Source of the DNA: a virus
Reading direction: 5' to 3' (one strand)
IMG/VR virus record: IMGVR_UViG_3300021431_000070
Location: 1-23,470 of that record
DNA: 23,470 nucleotides
Under the pieces are notes generated by a model. It had not been told where the DNA came from and made no database searches. It worked only from the letters and a program-made list of their open reading frames with translations. The position numbers were made by a program, and so were the translations under genes. Shown one piece after another: positions 22,363 to 23,470 of the stretch (the first letter of the stretch is position 1; every line of letters begins with the position of its first letter).

Positions 22363-22378
22363 CTTGCGTAAACGCATT
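22363..22378. promoter_or_regulatory. Operator copy overlapping the -35 of the rightward promoter (14/16)
   Basis: CTTGCGTAAACGCATT. Its last two bases are the start of TTGACA. Confidence 0.6.
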
Positions 22379-22405
22379 GACAAACAAAAAACATGGTGGT
22401 AGTAT
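22377..22405 (+). promoter_or_regulatory. Rightward early promoter (PR-like)
   Basis: -35 TTGACA (22377-22382), 17-nt spacer, extended -10 TGgTAGTAT (22397-22405). 31 nt upstream of the cro-like ATG. Confidence 0.65.
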
Positions 22406-22406
22406 A

Positions 22407-22422
22407 CTTGCATAAACGCAAG
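22407..22422. promoter_or_regulatory. Operator copy just downstream of the -10 (15/16)
   Basis: CTTGCATAAACGCAAG. Confidence 0.6.
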
Positions 22423-22436
22423 AAAGGAGGAGAAAG

Positions 22437-22646
22437 ATGTTCGACCAGAAGAAGTTAAAAGCTCAGATGGTATTAAAAGGAATGACAGCTGCAGAACTCT
22501 CTAAAGTATTGGATATTGACCCATCCACCTTCCATAGAAAGATGCGTAATGATGGCAGCTTTACCAGGGAAGAGATCAACACGATCATCCAAGTACTCGA
22601 AATTGAGAACCCGGCTGATATTTTTTTTGCAAAAGAACTTGCGTAA
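22437..22646 (+). CDS. Cro-like / XRE-family HTH early regulator
   Basis: 69 aa. GMTAAELSKVLDIDPSTFHRKMRN forms the HTH. Divergent from the repressor. AAAGGAGGAG SD. Confidence 0.8.
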   Translation: MFDQKKLKAQMVLKGMTAAELSKVLDIDPSTFHRKMRNDGSFTREEINTIIQVLEIENPADIFFAKELA

Positions 22647-22653
22647 ACGCAAG
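22638..22653. promoter_or_regulatory. Perfect 16-bp palindromic operator copy at the 3' end of the cro-like gene
   Basis: CTTGCGTAAACGCAAG (18-bp palindrome with flanks ACTTGCGTAAACGCAAGT). It overlaps the cro stop codon, 231 bp from the copy at 22407. Confidence 0.6.
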
Positions 22654-22666
22654 TAAGGAGGACCTA

Positions 22667-22816
22667 ATGAACAAGAAATTATTATATTTTGCCCTGGTCA
22701 TACTTCTGGTTGTCATTGGTTTGGTTTTCTGCCTTGTAAGGCTGAGCATCTCCCGAAGCAATGAAACGATCAGCAGAGTAGACCGGCACATTGAGGAGGT
22801 GTTAGGAAGTGACTAA
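22667..22816 (+). CDS. Small single-pass membrane protein (49 aa, below the ORF-track cutoff)
   Basis: AAGGAGGA SD (22655-22662) before the ATG at 22667. My own translation is MNKKLLYFALVILLVVIGLVFCLVRLSISRSNETISRVDRHIEEVLGSD. The stop overlaps the next gene. Confidence 0.5.
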   Translation: MNKKLLYFALVILLVVIGLVFCLVRLSISRSNETISRVDRHIEEVLGSD

Positions 22817-23162
22817 TGAATTATCTTGCAAGGACTGCATCTGGACTCAGACGGATGTCAACAAATTTCCTTGTAACAGATGCAGAAGAGCTTACGTGGA
22901 CCATTACAAAGCTCAGACCATTAACACATGGGTCACAGATGTCCATAAAGCCATTTCGGAGTTAAGAAGGCTTAAATCATTCGATTGTTATGACATTGAT
23001 GATATTCAATTCGATTCCTATGGGACAACAATCATGATGATGGGCGATGCGGTTCCTGAAATGGCGAAAGAGCTACACACAGATCATACCGAGACAGATC
23101 ACTTTAACCACTTACAGATTGGCTCATTAGATTTTGTTTCCCGGAGGTATGAAGATGGCTAA
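22809..23162 (+). CDS. Hypothetical early protein with N-terminal CxxC-x13-CxxC zinc-ribbon-like motif
   Basis: GTG start preceded by GAGGAGGTG. CKDCIWTQTDVNKFPCNRC. Confidence 0.5.
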   Translation: MTNELSCKDCIWTQTDVNKFPCNRCRRAYVDHYKAQTINTWVTDVHKAISELRRLKSFDCYDIDDIQFDSYGTTIMMMGDAVPEMAKELHTDHTETDHFNHLQIGSLDFVSRRYEDG

Positions 23163-23346
23163 GCGCTGGCAGACCATTACAGAGCTGAAGAGGGATGGAT
23201 GGAGTGAGAGCCAGCTCCGCAGGATCGCCAGATCTGATGAAGCTCACAAGTACTGCCGGAGGACCAGTGAGAGAGGGAAATACCAATTTGATACCTATGC
23301 CTTAAACAGCAAGGCACCATATTTAGACAAGATAGGAGGAAACTGA
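23155..23346 (+). CDS. Small basic protein, possible HTH DNA-binding protein (excisionase-like?)
   Basis: GGAGG 7 nt before the ATG at 23155. WQTITELKRDGWSESQLRRIA ... GKYQFD loosely resembles excisionase/HTH_17 proteins. Its stop overlaps the ATG of the annealase gene across the circular junction. Confidence 0.35.
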   Translation: MAKRWQTITELKRDGWSESQLRRIARSDEAHKYCRRTSERGKYQFDTYALNSKAPYLDKIGGN

Positions 23347-23470
23347 TGGCAACATTTGAACAATTAGCAAAGGCCAATGCCCAGATCAGGACCACTGACA
23401 TCAAGGGCAAGGATTATGCAGAGGTCAACCAGAGGATTAAAGCCTTCCGCATGGTTTACCCGGATGGCGG
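23344..23470. repeat. Terminal direct repeat (copy 2), identical to 1-127
   Basis: Read directly. Confidence 0.95.

Larger units (their letters stand above)
1..23470. mobile_element. Complete temperate siphovirus-type phage genome, circular contig (unique length 23,343 bp)
   Basis: Full packaging, head, tail, lysis, integration, repressor and early modules are present. The window ends are identical over 127 nt. No sheath gene; major tail, frameshifted chaperone and tape measure follow the order typical of non-contractile tails. Confidence 0.85.

Overview
The window is a complete, circularly closed genome of a small temperate phage with a long non-contractile (siphovirus-type) tail. Bases 1-127 are identical to 23344-23470, so the unique length is 23,343 bp; a 127-nt overlap looks like a k-mer assembly closure. 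Nearly all genes are on the + strand and tightly packed with many ATGA-type overlaps. In order they are: an early recombination module (Rad52/Sak-like annealase, SSB, PD-(D/E)XK resolvase-like nuclease, a sigma-region-4-like regulator and many small ORFs); a packaging and head module (terS, PBSX-type terL, SPP1-type portal, Mu F-like head morphogenesis protein, scaffold, capsid); neck proteins; the major tail protein; a tail chaperone pair with a canonical -1 frameshift; the tape measure; Dit-like and Tal proteins; a fibre cassette; and holin plus endolysin. Downstream lie an attP built around the 3' part of a tRNA-Lys(CUU) and flanked by GGTTCA repeats, then a minus-strand lysogeny module (membrane protein, tyrosine integrase, CI/LexA-like S24 repressor) and a divergent switch with 16-bp palindromic operators and a Cro-like gene. 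The most unusual signal is in the fibre cassette (16.9-18.5 kb). Four tandem ORFs share an N-terminal motif, and the only three G7/G8 homopolymers in the genome sit here. Two of these tracts sit exactly at ORF ends, where tract length decides whether translation stops early or runs through a hairpin that sequesters the next ORF's Shine-Dalgarno sequence (SD) and ends on that ORF's start codon. I read this as a candidate phase-variable translational-coupling switch for alternative receptor-binding tips. All homology calls come from motif recognition by eye, without searches. The host is probably a Firmicutes/Clostridia-type bacterium, but this is unverified.
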